Part shown: positions 18,979 through 28,032 of the stretch, in pieces
Position numbering within the stretch: the first letter of the stretch is position 1
How the letters are laid out: every line of letters starts with the position of its first letter
Source of the DNA: Vulcanimicrobiota bacterium
Lineage (GTDB): Bacteria; Vulcanimicrobiota; JAJTBE01
Reading direction: 5' to 3'
DNA: 64,000 bases
NCBI GenBank assembly: GCA_021107945.1
Contig: JAIORV010000068.1
Location: 1,222-65,221, forward strand
Notes under the pieces: model-generated
The model's database searches: none
Seen by the model: the letters and a program-made list of their open reading frames with translations, nothing else
What the model was told of the DNA's origin: nothing
Position numbers and translations under genes: made by a program

Positions 18979-20625
18979 ATGGAAATCATCGACGGTTACC
19001 CCGACTTTATGATGGAATCAATTAAGAAGGTTGAAAGAACCCGTAAATCCCGCATCGGCAGAAACCTTCCCAGGATGTCTTCAGATCAGCGAGAAGTCAT
19101 ATTAAGTAAATTTCATCCCGATTATAAGGAGCATGAAAAGAAGAAGCTTCAAATCGGTCCCAACAAGGGATATCGCATGCCCCTCGAAATGATATCACTC
19201 CTGGAAGCGGAGCCTTTCCTTGATACGAGCAAGGTTGATTTATCCCGCGTGGATTATGATGTTGATGTCCTGATTATTGGGGGCGGAGGGGGAGGAACTG
19301 TCGCATCCATATGGGCGAATATGTCCGGTGTACCCGCCGACAGGATCCTCATCAGCACAAAGCTTCGCCACGGCGACAGCAACTCCATGATGGCACAGGG
19401 CGGAATCCAGGCGGCGGATGGCCCCATTGACAACCCGCCGATTCATTACCTGGATATTATCGGCGGAGGCCATTTCGCCAATAAGCCCAAACTCGCAAGA
19501 ATTCTTGCCATGCAGGCGCCAAAGATTATCAAATGGCACGAGTCCCTGGGCGTGATGTACGACAAGGATAAAGAAGGTAACTTCGTCGAGAGACCGGGAG
19601 GCGGAACTTCTCGCAAGAGAATGCACTCATCCAAGGATTATACAGGAATGGAGATCCTCCGGGTCGTCCGTGATGAGTCCATAAACAGGAAGATTCCCGT
19701 GCTTGAATTTTCACCCGCAATCGAGCTTTTAAAGGACGATATGGGACAGGTAGCCGGCGCAATACTGATGAACCTTGAGACGAACCAGTACTATATTGTG
19801 AAAGCCAAGGTGGTCATAATGGCCACAGGCGGATGGGGAAGATTACATATACAGAATTTCGCCACGACAAATCATTACGGAGCAACGGCGGACGGACTGG
19901 TAATGGCATACCATGTCGGCGCCAAACTCAGAGACCTCGATTCCGTCCAGTATCATCCCACAGGAGCAGCGTACCCGGAGCAGATAGTGGGACTCCTGAT
20001 CACCGAGAAAGTCAGAACGATGGGCGCGCAACCGGTGAATATGAATGGCGAGCTTTTCGTAAATCCACTGGAGCCAAGGGATGTGGAGGCGTCAGCGTTC
20101 ATCAGGGAGTGTTACGAGAGGGAAATGGGAATCACCACACCCACAGGCATGACCGGAGTATGGCTTGACTCGCCAATGATCGATATTGTCCAGGGTGAAG
20201 GCACGATCCATGCCAACCTGGATGCCATGTACAGGATGTTCCAGCGATTCGGGATAGATATGACAAAGCATCCCATGCTGGTTTTCCCGACGCTTCATTA
20301 CCAAAACGGCGGAGTAGAGATAAATGAGCATTGCCAGACATCTGTGAAAGGCCTTTTCGCCGCTGGAGAAGTTACCGGAGGAGTCCACGGCAAAAACAGG
20401 CTTATGGGAAATTCCCTCCTGGATTACAATGTATTCGGTAAGATTGCGGGAATAAATGTGGCAGAGTATATCAAGAATGTGAAGATCGGCAAGCTTACCC
20501 TCGATCATGTAGATAAATACAGAAATATCCTGAGGGATGCCAATATTAAATCAAAAGTCAAAGCCCCCATGATCCTGCCGGAATATCGCGAAGAGAACCT
20601 CATGAAAAGAACGATAAAGGTATAG
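18979..20625 (+). CDS. FAD-binding succinate dehydrogenase/fumarate reductase flavoprotein-like subunit with ~95-aa N-terminal extension
   Basis: 548 aa; dinucleotide motif VLIIGGGGGGTVAS at residue ~97; MAQGGIQAA (FAD-binding_2 signature); active-site-region HY..ATADG / QYHPTGAAY; GAAGAGGAGAACAATATG SD. Confidence 0.8.
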   Translation: MEIIDGYPDFMMESIKKVERTRKSRIGRNLPRMSSDQREVILSKFHPDYKEHEKKKLQIGPNKGYRMPLEMISLLEAEPFLDTSKVDLSRVDYDVDVLIIGGGGGGTVASIWANMSGVPADRILISTKLRHGDSNSMMAQGGIQAADGPIDNPPIHYLDIIGGGHFANKPKLARILAMQAPKIIKWHESLGVMYDKDKEGNFVERPGGGTSRKRMHSSKDYTGMEILRVVRDESINRKIPVLEFSPAIELLKDDMGQVAGAILMNLETNQYYIVKAKVVIMATGGWGRLHIQNFATTNHYGATADGLVMAYHVGAKLRDLDSVQYHPTGAAYPEQIVGLLITEKVRTMGAQPVNMNGELFVNPLEPRDVEASAFIRECYEREMGITTPTGMTGVWLDSPMIDIVQGEGTIHANLDAMYRMFQRFGIDMTKHPMLVFPTLHYQNGGVEINEHCQTSVKGLFAAGEVTGGVHGKNRLMGNSLLDYNVFGKIAGINVAEYIKNVKIGKLTLDHVDKYRNILRDANIKSKVKAPMILPEYREENLMKRTIKV

Positions 20626-20687
20626 TAAACCGCCTCTTGGGCTGTTTTATAAATATTAACCCGGATAAAACTTTTGAATTAACCACA

Positions 20688-20720
20688 GAAGCCTGCCCTG
20701 AAAGTTTCAAGGCAGGCTTT
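20688..20720. terminator. hairpin AGCCTGCC-CTGAAAGTTTCAAG-GGCAGGCT followed by AGATTTTATT; possibly bidirectional
   Basis: 8-bp GC-rich stem read directly; U-rich tracts on both sides. Confidence 0.4.
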
Positions 20721-20743
20721 AGATTTTATTACATTCAACGTAG

Positions 20744-20770
20744 CGCGGGTCTTTAGACCCGCCTTTTTTT
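20744..20770 (+). terminator. rho-independent terminator GCGGGTC-TTTA-GACCCGC-TTTTTTTT
   Basis: Perfect 7-bp GC stem, 4-nt loop, T8 run; lies in the convergent gap between the sdhA-like gene (+) and glyQS (-). Confidence 0.7.
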
Positions 20771-20797
20771 TATACTCGATAAAAACAAAATCAGCAA

Positions 20798-22141
20798 TTA
20801 CAGTTCCAGCAGGTTCTTCAGTTTCCCTTTCAACTCCTCGATGGGAATCCTTTCCTGCACCAGGGTGTCCCTGAACCTGACTGTCACGGCATTATCCTCA
20901 ATTGTGTCAAAATCCACGGTTATACAGAAGGGCGTTCCAACCTCGTCCTGTCTGCGGTATCTCTTGCCGATTGAGCCTTTGATGTCATAATCGGTATAGA
21001 AATCTTTCCTGAGATCCTTGTATATCTTTTCCGCGATCTCCGGAAGGGGTTCCTTTTTAGAGAGCGGTAAGACCGCCGCTTTTATCGGAGCAAGCTTGTT
21101 GCTGAAGCGAAGAACTGTTCTCACGTCTATCCCGCCTTTTGCCGTGGGGGTTTCGTCCTCGTCGTAAGCGTCAACCAGGAATGCCAGAGCGGAGCGATCA
21201 ACACCGGCTGAAGGTTCGATTACAAAAGGTGCTATATGCTCTTTTCTTTCCTCGTCGAAGAATTTCATATCCTTTCCGCTGTCCTTCTCGTGTGCTTTCA
21301 GGTCGTAATCGGTCCTGTTGGCTATGCCCTCAAGCTCCGACCATCCCCAGGGGAATTCATATTCAACGTCGTAGCAGGACAGGGCGTAATGAGCAAGCTC
21401 ATCATCCTCGTGTCGCCGGAGTCTCAGTTTTTCTTTTTTGATTCCCAGATCCGCATACCACTTCATGCGAGTCTCGAGCCATTTTTGATGGCATTCTTCC
21501 GACTGCTCCGGGTATGTGAAATATTCCAATTCCATCATCTCGAACTCCCTTGTGCGGAAAGTGAATTTGCCCGGCGTAATCTCGTTTCTGAATGCCTTGC
21601 CTATCTGTGCAATTCCAAAGGGGAGTTTCTTTCTTGATACCGTCTGAACATTCTTAAAATTGACAAATATTCCCTGAGCCGTCTCGGGGCGCAGATGGAC
21701 CACCGATGATGTATCCTCAACCGCTCCCATAAATGTCTTGAACATCAGATTGAAAAGCCTGGCGTCTGTAAGTTCGCCTCCGCATTCGGGGCACTTGTCG
21801 CCCTCGACGTGATCCGCCCTGAATCTGAGCTTACATTCCTTACAGTCAACCATTGGGTCGGTGAAGCTTTCCACATGCCCCGATGCCACCCAGACCTGCG
21901 GGTGCATCAAAATGGAGGAGTCGAGTCCCACAACATCATCCCTCTCCTGGACATTTGATTTCCACCAGGAGTTTTTAACGTTATTTTTCAACAGCACTCC
22001 CATGGGACCGTAATCATAACAGGAATTTAACCCGCCATATATTTCTGATGATTGAAATATAAAACCTCTCCTCTTACAGAGGGAGACAATTTTCTCCATC
22101 CTTTCCCGCCCGGGAGTCACTTTCTTTTTTACTTTAGACAT
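20798..22141 (-). CDS. glyQS: glycine--tRNA ligase, alpha2 (archaeal/eukaryote-like) type
   Basis: 447 aa; class II synthetase motifs (FRNEITPGKFTFRTREFEMMELEYF motif 2 region; GIANRTDYDL); Zn-ribbon-like CKECKLRF...CPECGG insertion; anticodon-binding C-terminus. Confidence 0.9.
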   Translation of the reverse strand: MSKVKKKVTPGRERMEKIVSLCKRRGFIFQSSEIYGGLNSCYDYGPMGVLLKNNVKNSWWKSNVQERDDVVGLDSSILMHPQVWVASGHVESFTDPMVDCKECKLRFRADHVEGDKCPECGGELTDARLFNLMFKTFMGAVEDTSSVVHLRPETAQGIFVNFKNVQTVSRKKLPFGIAQIGKAFRNEITPGKFTFRTREFEMMELEYFTYPEQSEECHQKWLETRMKWYADLGIKKEKLRLRRHEDDELAHYALSCYDVEYEFPWGWSELEGIANRTDYDLKAHEKDSGKDMKFFDEERKEHIAPFVIEPSAGVDRSALAFLVDAYDEDETPTAKGGIDVRTVLRFSNKLAPIKAAVLPLSKKEPLPEIAEKIYKDLRKDFYTDYDIKGSIGKRYRRQDEVGTPFCITVDFDTIEDNAVTVRFRDTLVQERIPIEELKGKLKNLLEL

Positions 22142-22450
22142 ATATTAATACCTCCAAATTTGAATGTTTTATATCTTGATTTATCCGGTTGGATATTGCC
22201 ATAATCTTTACTCTATATGATAAAGTTGTTTTTTTCTTCTTTTTCATATCAAAACCTTTTTTTACCACTCATCATAGGAGAAGTTTCCAGCACCTGTATT
22301 CGTAGAAATGCCACTTATAGAGGTGGGTTAGTCTGCCTTTATTCAAATAAATGCTCTGTGAATTCTGTGGTGAATGGTCGCCATAATTCCTCTTTACAGT
22401 CCATTTTTCTCATAGTCCTCACAATATATACTATAAGTGTTTTCATAAAA

Positions 22451-24766
22451 TCACTGATTACATGATTTAATAAACTCATAGATTTTCTCAGTCAGGTCTT
22501 TTGATTCATCAGTCATATTGTCATAAGTTATGAATTCAATGGCTTTCTTGCAGAAATCAGACTTCTCTTTTAATGTTCCCGAATCGGTAGCATATTTATA
22601 TTCTCCTTTTTTTCTGGTAGTTTTTATATTGCTATCAATGAATCTACCCAGAGGTTCTGTTTTATAGCTTTCATTCCAACTCTCTTCAAAATCCTTCAAT
22701 ATTATCCCAGTACCATCTTCATTTTTAAAGGCTTTAAGCGCTTTTATTATAACTTGAGATGATAATAAGTTCTCTATTTCTCTGACCTTAAGACAATAAT
22801 AATTGTCATTCAAGTTTTTCTTGAGTTCTTCTTTTCTTTCAAGTTTAGAGTTTCCATCCTCATCAGTTATGAGCAGAATATCCCTGCTAATTCGGTCATA
22901 GCTAATTGGATTTTCCTCTTTATTCAAAAATGACCAATGTGTAATATTACTACCAGCATACTCAATGAAAGAAAAATGTGTATCTTCTTTGTAAGTTTTT
23001 TCTTTCTTTTTTTCCTTTTGCTTTTGATATTCCTCGAAGTATTTCCTTATATATAACCTGTCGGTAATACCTTCCACCCAAATTGTACAATTTGACAGAA
23101 ATACCGAGGAACTTCTGACTCCCAATTGTCTAAGCACCACATCATCTCCCGTTGAGACGACTTCTATAGCGAAATTCTCAACAGATCGGTTTTCAACTTT
23201 ATTACTATCTACCGGCGACATCGAATATATAGAAATATTGTCATAATCAAAAGTCAGATCCAAAAAATGATTCGAATGTGTTGTAATAAAAAATTGATGA
23301 TTAAATCCTTCGCTTAGCATGATATCAATAAGTTTTCTTTGATATCCTGGATGAATATACATTTCTGGTTCTTCAATAAAGAACCAACAAGATTTGTCGC
23401 GATGCTTGAACATTGGAAAAGTCAGAATTATAATTGATTGCATCCCGTCCCCTAAGTCATAAATTCTTCTATCAGGAAGATCTCCAATTTTCACGTTAAG
23501 CACATCACTATCCATCCTGGGTATAAGTACAACTGGCTTATCAAATATATTCTTGCCAAGAAATTCCTCGAATTCTCTGATTATCTCCCTTTCTTTTTGT
23601 TCGCCCAATAGCATATCTCTTATTTCATCATAAAATCCCAAACCTGTAATTATATCAACACCACTTCTTGCAATTTCATCTTTGAATATTGCTTCAATCA
23701 AAAGTCGACCAAATTTTCTCTGTCCTTGTTTATTCAAATTTCCAGGAACCTTTTTATGAAGCCTTAAAGTTTCTCCTTTTAGCCTAATTTCGGAAAAATC
23801 GGTATTATTGTAAATATTATGCAAAGTTTCATTCATTCTATGAATAATTTTTTCCTTTTGATTATTGGAGAGAAAAATATAATCTGAGCATTCTTCTATC
23901 GTATTTTTTATAATGGGGTTGTTTTCAGTAAGAACTTCCCACAATCTGCGATGAGCAGAAGAGTTGTGTTCCCTCACCTTATTAATAAAGCCCGACCAAT
24001 CCAAAATATCATCTACTTGAAAATCTGAAGGCATGTCCTTGAAATAATCATTTCTTGTCCTATTGAGGTATACATCCTCTTTAATCTCACGGTATTTTCC
24101 TCTATTTATTCCTATATTTAATAATTCTTTGACTTCCGGATGTAAAATATCCTCAAGAGATACTTTGAAACCACGAAGTCCCCTAAGGGTGGGTATATAT
24201 ATTTTCTTATAGAGGTTATAGTTATCCTGATATTCAGATAATCTATCAAAGAATTTACTTCCCATATTTTCGAGATATTCTATCCATTGGCCACTTGTAA
24301 TTTCTATCGGATTGCCATTAGCGAGGAACAAAGAATTACAATTCTCATATTTTCTCAAATCTCTTAATAGGGATGCCAACTGTATGATTTCAAAGAGCCT
24401 CGTCCGTGCAATAGCCATTTTTCTTGGCACCAACCAAAACTCATCTTGTGCAATATAAGCAGCCCCCAACTGTAAGGGATTTTTCCCTTGAGCCGGACTC
24501 TTTCTATTCGCGAAATCGTAAAAGTAACTTTTAAATTCATTAATATCCCTTATTAACTGCTTTTGAGTCTCTTCTCCATATTCCGTCTTGTACTTATCGT
24601 TATTGGCAATCTTTCTTAACAATCTGCTTTTGCCTGAATTATTTGGCCCAACAAATATATTTATTCTTGATAATTTCTCTATTGATCTTAATGGAGAATA
24701 GTTTCCTTTTTCTAATCTATGGAATTCTGTAAGATTGAATGTTTCTGTTAATAGATTATCGACCAT
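22451..24766 (-). CDS. OLD-family-like ATPase-Toprim nuclease (ABC/AAA_15-type ATPase plus C-terminal Toprim); candidate anti-phage defence protein
   Basis: 771 aa; Walker A INIFVGPNNSGKS; Q-loop/signature-like LGDGMQS; Walker B WFFIEEPEMYIHP; H-loop FITTHSNHF; C-terminal Toprim-like IWVEGITD (conserved Glu) and ILLITDEDGN (DxD); lone gene flanked by repeats. Confidence 0.7.
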   Translation of the reverse strand: MVDNLLTETFNLTEFHRLEKGNYSPLRSIEKLSRINIFVGPNNSGKSRLLRKIANNDKYKTEYGEETQKQLIRDINEFKSYFYDFANRKSPAQGKNPLQLGAAYIAQDEFWLVPRKMAIARTRLFEIIQLASLLRDLRKYENCNSLFLANGNPIEITSGQWIEYLENMGSKFFDRLSEYQDNYNLYKKIYIPTLRGLRGFKVSLEDILHPEVKELLNIGINRGKYREIKEDVYLNRTRNDYFKDMPSDFQVDDILDWSGFINKVREHNSSAHRRLWEVLTENNPIIKNTIEECSDYIFLSNNQKEKIIHRMNETLHNIYNNTDFSEIRLKGETLRLHKKVPGNLNKQGQRKFGRLLIEAIFKDEIARSGVDIITGLGFYDEIRDMLLGEQKEREIIREFEEFLGKNIFDKPVVLIPRMDSDVLNVKIGDLPDRRIYDLGDGMQSIIILTFPMFKHRDKSCWFFIEEPEMYIHPGYQRKLIDIMLSEGFNHQFFITTHSNHFLDLTFDYDNISIYSMSPVDSNKVENRSVENFAIEVVSTGDDVVLRQLGVRSSSVFLSNCTIWVEGITDRLYIRKYFEEYQKQKEKKKEKTYKEDTHFSFIEYAGSNITHWSFLNKEENPISYDRISRDILLITDEDGNSKLERKEELKKNLNDNYYCLKVREIENLLSSQVIIKALKAFKNEDGTGIILKDFEESWNESYKTEPLGRFIDSNIKTTRKKGEYKYATDSGTLKEKSDFCKKAIEFITYDNMTDESKDLTEKIYEFIKSCNQ

Positions 24767-24848
24767 GTAATTTACCCTCCAAGAAATCCTATGGAATTTT
24801 AATATTACTACAGGAATTACGCATTTCCAAGAAAGAAATGTGCGAAAC

Positions 24849-25175
24849 TGTCATCCTGAGCGAAATACGATTTTTACCTTTTCTTAATAAACCCTGGCAA
24901 GAATGAGTTTTACTTGCCTCCGATGTCTTCCACAGCGAAGGATCTCTTCCCCGGGAGTCTCCTTAAAAATAATCCTCATTCTAATTGAGATTTGCTCCTT
25001 ATATACCATTGGGGTCGAGATTCTTCGCTATGTAAATCCTCGAATATAAGAGAATCCCATCTTTGAGAAAGTCATTGGATTAAAGTAATTCTTTCTTGTA
25101 TCGCTCAGAATGACAATTTGGATGCCTTCATTTAATAAGAAAGCCCATGCTCAGAATGACAATTGCGTAAGTCCA
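24849..25175 (+). repeat. interspersed ~330-bp repeat, copy 1 (contains GTCATYCTGAGCG / CGCTCAGAATGAC and GAGATTCTTCGC sub-motifs)
   Basis: About 75% identity over ~330 bp to 43600-43962, in the same orientation (e.g. ttacttgcctccgatgtcttccacagcgaaggatctc versus ttacttacttccgatgtcttccacagcgaaggatctc). Confidence 0.75.
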
Positions 25176-25319
25176 ATTATTAATGACTCCGTGTTCTTCG
25201 TGTCTTCGTGGTAATTATCAGCTATCCGACTTTTGACCTCCATTTTCTGGCCTCCGTAATCCATATTCCTTTATCTTTTTTCCCTATACGTGGTCTTTGC
25301 GATGAATAGACACTTGCCT

Positions 25320-26192
25320 TTATGGGGTTATATTGATCCTCACCGTCTTCTTGCCCATTGCAATAATCTCGTAGCCTACATCTGAAGAGGCATCCCATGT
25401 GAACTTTTCCGGGAGGAACCCATAAACCGTTATATCAACCGCTCCCGTGGTTTTGAATATCGCCGCCGGCACATATATATCACGGTCTGTCGTGGTTTTG
25501 CCTGTTATGAATGTGTATATCGAAAGGGGATCCGCCCAGTTCAAGCTTCGAAAATCATCGGAGCTCCATGCCACGGGGATAATACCCTCTTCAGTGGCCT
25601 CGACATATTCCACAACAACAAAGTACCTGTAATCGCCGTTGTCGGATGACCATTTTATCTGAAAGGATCTACCGGCCTCGATTTCATCGCCTTCCTCCGG
25701 GCTATCGATTCTTATCTCGTTTGGATATTCGAAATCGTTCGTCATTGTGTTGAATTCGTCATCATTTACAAATGTATAAAGTCCGGTGGGGCTTTCCGGC
25801 GCGTTGGACCCGGAAAAATCACGGTAAAACCTGATCTGCAAGGGATTGTAGAGAGTATGGTTTGATATCCCGGAAGCCTGGTTTACCTGAACACCGTAAA
25901 AATAATCCTCAACTCTTGCGTTGAATGAGAATGGTGACATCTCGTAATTTCTCTCGCCGGGAGGGGCGACCTCGTAATCACCGGTCAATTCGTTATTTGA
26001 AGCCACGCCGCATCTGACACTCTCATCGGATTGTACAATAACAAGGTTGTAAAAATCGGATATGGGTGTATCCGTGGGTGTGGGGTCGGAGCTTGAGCCG
26101 CCGCCACCACCACCGCCACATCCCAACATACATGCAAATGCGAATAAAGACATAACTAAAACTATAGAGACTATGTAAAATATTTTTTTCAT
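25320..26192 (-). CDS. hypothetical lipoprotein (lipobox MLGC followed by Gly/Ser linker)
   Basis: 290 aa; signal peptide MKKIFYIVSIVLVMSLFAFACMLGC then GGGGGGGSSSDPTPTD low-complexity linker. Confidence 0.6.
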   Translation of the reverse strand: MKKIFYIVSIVLVMSLFAFACMLGCGGGGGGGSSSDPTPTDTPISDFYNLVIVQSDESVRCGVASNNELTGDYEVAPPGERNYEMSPFSFNARVEDYFYGVQVNQASGISNHTLYNPLQIRFYRDFSGSNAPESPTGLYTFVNDDEFNTMTNDFEYPNEIRIDSPEEGDEIEAGRSFQIKWSSDNGDYRYFVVVEYVEATEEGIIPVAWSSDDFRSLNWADPLSIYTFITGKTTTDRDIYVPAAIFKTTGAVDITVYGFLPEKFTWDASSDVGYEIIAMGKKTVRINITP

Positions 26193-26312
26193 TAGAAATC
26201 CACCTCCGTGAAGTTCTTTTCTAAATAAGGAATAAAAATCCCTTCAAATGGGGAAATTAGGAATTTAGCCTCTAAGGAAATTAGGAAATAAGGAGAACGG
26301 AAAGCGGAGGTA

Positions 26313-26510
26313 TTTTTCACCACGGAGCCACGGAGGGCACGAAGATTTTTTTTACTCCGTGTTCTTCGTGACTTCGTGGTGGATTGCGGAGTACGGAAAT
26401 GTTTTTTCACCACAGAGGACGCAGAGGACACAGAGGACGCAGAGGTTTCCCGGATAATGGAAGATGGAGAACGGATTACGGATCCCACTTCCCACTTCCC
26501 ATTTCCCTAA
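26313..26510. repeat. cluster of three heptad arrays plus a C-rich (G-quadruplex complement) module
   Basis: ttttcaccacggagccacggagggcacgaag / ctccgtgttcttcgtgacttcgtggtgg / ttttttcaccacagaggacgcagaggacacagaggacgcagagg / ggataatggaagatggagaacggattacggatcccacttcccacttcccatttccc. Confidence 0.8.
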
Positions 26511-26602
26511 ATTGATACAGGTAATAATTAGAAAAAGGGGGATTGAGGGCATAGAAAAAGAACAATGTAAAGTTGAAAACATTATTCGCGGGAGATGATT
26601 TT

Positions 26603-27874
26603 ATGAACCGTACAAGGACAATCCTGACATTGCTTGCAGTAGCGATATTTTCTCTTATTGTAATTGGCACATCTTTCAGTGCTCCGGTGATTCAATTCGA
26701 TAACTATGAGCGATCCACATGGGATATAGGAGACATGGAATGTATTGCGGTTGTTGATATGGTGGGGCACAATCCCGGTATCGGCGAAGACGTCTCCGAC
26801 CTGATTGCTGAGAGGATCAAACAGCATAAATTCCTCAGGGTGCTTGATCGAAAAAAGACAAACCAAACTCTTGAATCGGCGGGGATACATATCCACGGGA
26901 TACCCGATATCAGGCAGGCAAAAAGAATATGCGAAGCTCTTAATGTTGACGGTGTGATATACGGCTCAATGGACGGCAATTTCACAACGAGCAGGAGATA
27001 CAGGAGAAATTACCGGTATTATTACAACAACGATGACAACAGGAGGAGAAGGCGCCGGGTCGATTACGAGGTTCCATACATAAACAGATCGGGATTCGCA
27101 AGGTTGAAGCTCTTCCTGTATTCCAGGGATAAAGATAAGATAATCGGAGAGATGGAGAATAAGAAGTCGTTTTCGAAGGATTACGATCTGTATTACGGCG
27201 ATTATTATCAGTCGAATTATCCTTCCGACAGCCGGATGCTGATGGATCTTGTTGATGCTATCGTAAAAAAGGCGGTTTATAAATTTACTCCCCATTTTGT
27301 AAGGCGCAGGAGAGAATTATCCAACAAGAACAATTCCGGCACAAAACTTGCCATGGAGACGAAATGGGAAGAAGCTGTCGTGATATGGAAAAAACAATTA
27401 CAGGAAAACCCCGGGGATTTCACCGCTTTGAAAAACCTCGGAATTTATAACGAGATGGAAGGAAACACAACCAGGGCAATCGATTGTTACATGCGCGCTC
27501 GCAAGATAAAGCCTGGTGACAAAAAACTCGTAATATATTTAGGTCAGGCAAGGAATGCCGATCTCACCGGGAAGCCCTTGAAAGCGATTAAAGTTGCCGA
27601 CGAGAAAAACCTGGTGAAGATAGCGAAAATCGAGAGTAACGAGAGGGTATTTATCCTTGGCGGCGAGGAAAAAGGAATAAAGACCGGAGACGAGTTTCCT
27701 ATCGTCAGAAAGATTCCGGTTTTTAATGATGATGTAATAAAGATCGTGGGACGAGCCTATTGCCGCATCGGCACATTGAAGATAAACAAGGTCTTCGAGG
27801 GCGCAAGCATGGGAACAATTACCGATGTGGCGAAGGATTATAAGATTGAAGTAGGAGATAGCGTGGTTAAGTAG
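26603..27874 (+). CDS. secreted protein with CsgG/LpoB-like N-terminal region, Arg-rich low-complexity segment and a TPR-like segment
   Basis: Start moved from 26573 to 26603 (GGGAG SD); signal/TM TILTLLAVAIFSLIVIGTSFSA; TPR-like WEEAVVIWKKQLQENPGDFTALKNLGIYNEMEGNTTRAIDCYMRARKIKP. Confidence 0.5.
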   Translation: MNRTRTILTLLAVAIFSLIVIGTSFSAPVIQFDNYERSTWDIGDMECIAVVDMVGHNPGIGEDVSDLIAERIKQHKFLRVLDRKKTNQTLESAGIHIHGIPDIRQAKRICEALNVDGVIYGSMDGNFTTSRRYRRNYRYYYNNDDNRRRRRRVDYEVPYINRSGFARLKLFLYSRDKDKIIGEMENKKSFSKDYDLYYGDYYQSNYPSDSRMLMDLVDAIVKKAVYKFTPHFVRRRRELSNKNNSGTKLAMETKWEEAVVIWKKQLQENPGDFTALKNLGIYNEMEGNTTRAIDCYMRARKIKPGDKKLVIYLGQARNADLTGKPLKAIKVADEKNLVKIAKIESNERVFILGGEEKGIKTGDEFPIVRKIPVFNDDVIKIVGRAYCRIGTLKINKVFEGASMGTITDVAKDYKIEVGDSVVK

Positions 27875-27903
27875 GAAAATGGATAGTGGAGGATTGAAGA
27901 CGT

Positions 27904-27974
27904 TTTTTACCACGGAGCCACGGAGTGCACGAAGAATTATAAAAACCTCCGTGTTCTTTGTGACTTCGTGGTGG
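27904..27974. repeat. inverted pair of heptad arrays forming a long imperfect hairpin (ACCACGGAG-CCACGGAG-TGCACGAAG / 13-nt loop / CTCCGTG-TTCTTTGTG-ACTTCGTGG)
   Basis: Read directly; T-run lies 5' of the hairpin, not 3', so it is not a canonical intrinsic terminator. Confidence 0.7.
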
Positions 27975-28032
27975 AGGTCGAATCCCGCTTCCCTTTTCCC
28001 GCTTCCCGTCTCCCCGAAACGGAGGAATAATA

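Noticed and set aside
26192-26582. ORFs 26192..26488 and 26352..26582 (-) in the gap upstream of the lipoprotein gene
   Set aside because: They are composed of heptad-array and C-rich repeat modules. The encoded Arg/Ser/Thr-rich peptides are repeat translations.
27904-27974. Interpreting the heptad hairpins as Rho-independent terminators
   Set aside because: The U-run is on the 5' side and the A-run on the 3' side in every paired copy, on whichever strand is read. Classic terminators (for example 20744-20770) in the same window have the normal geometry.
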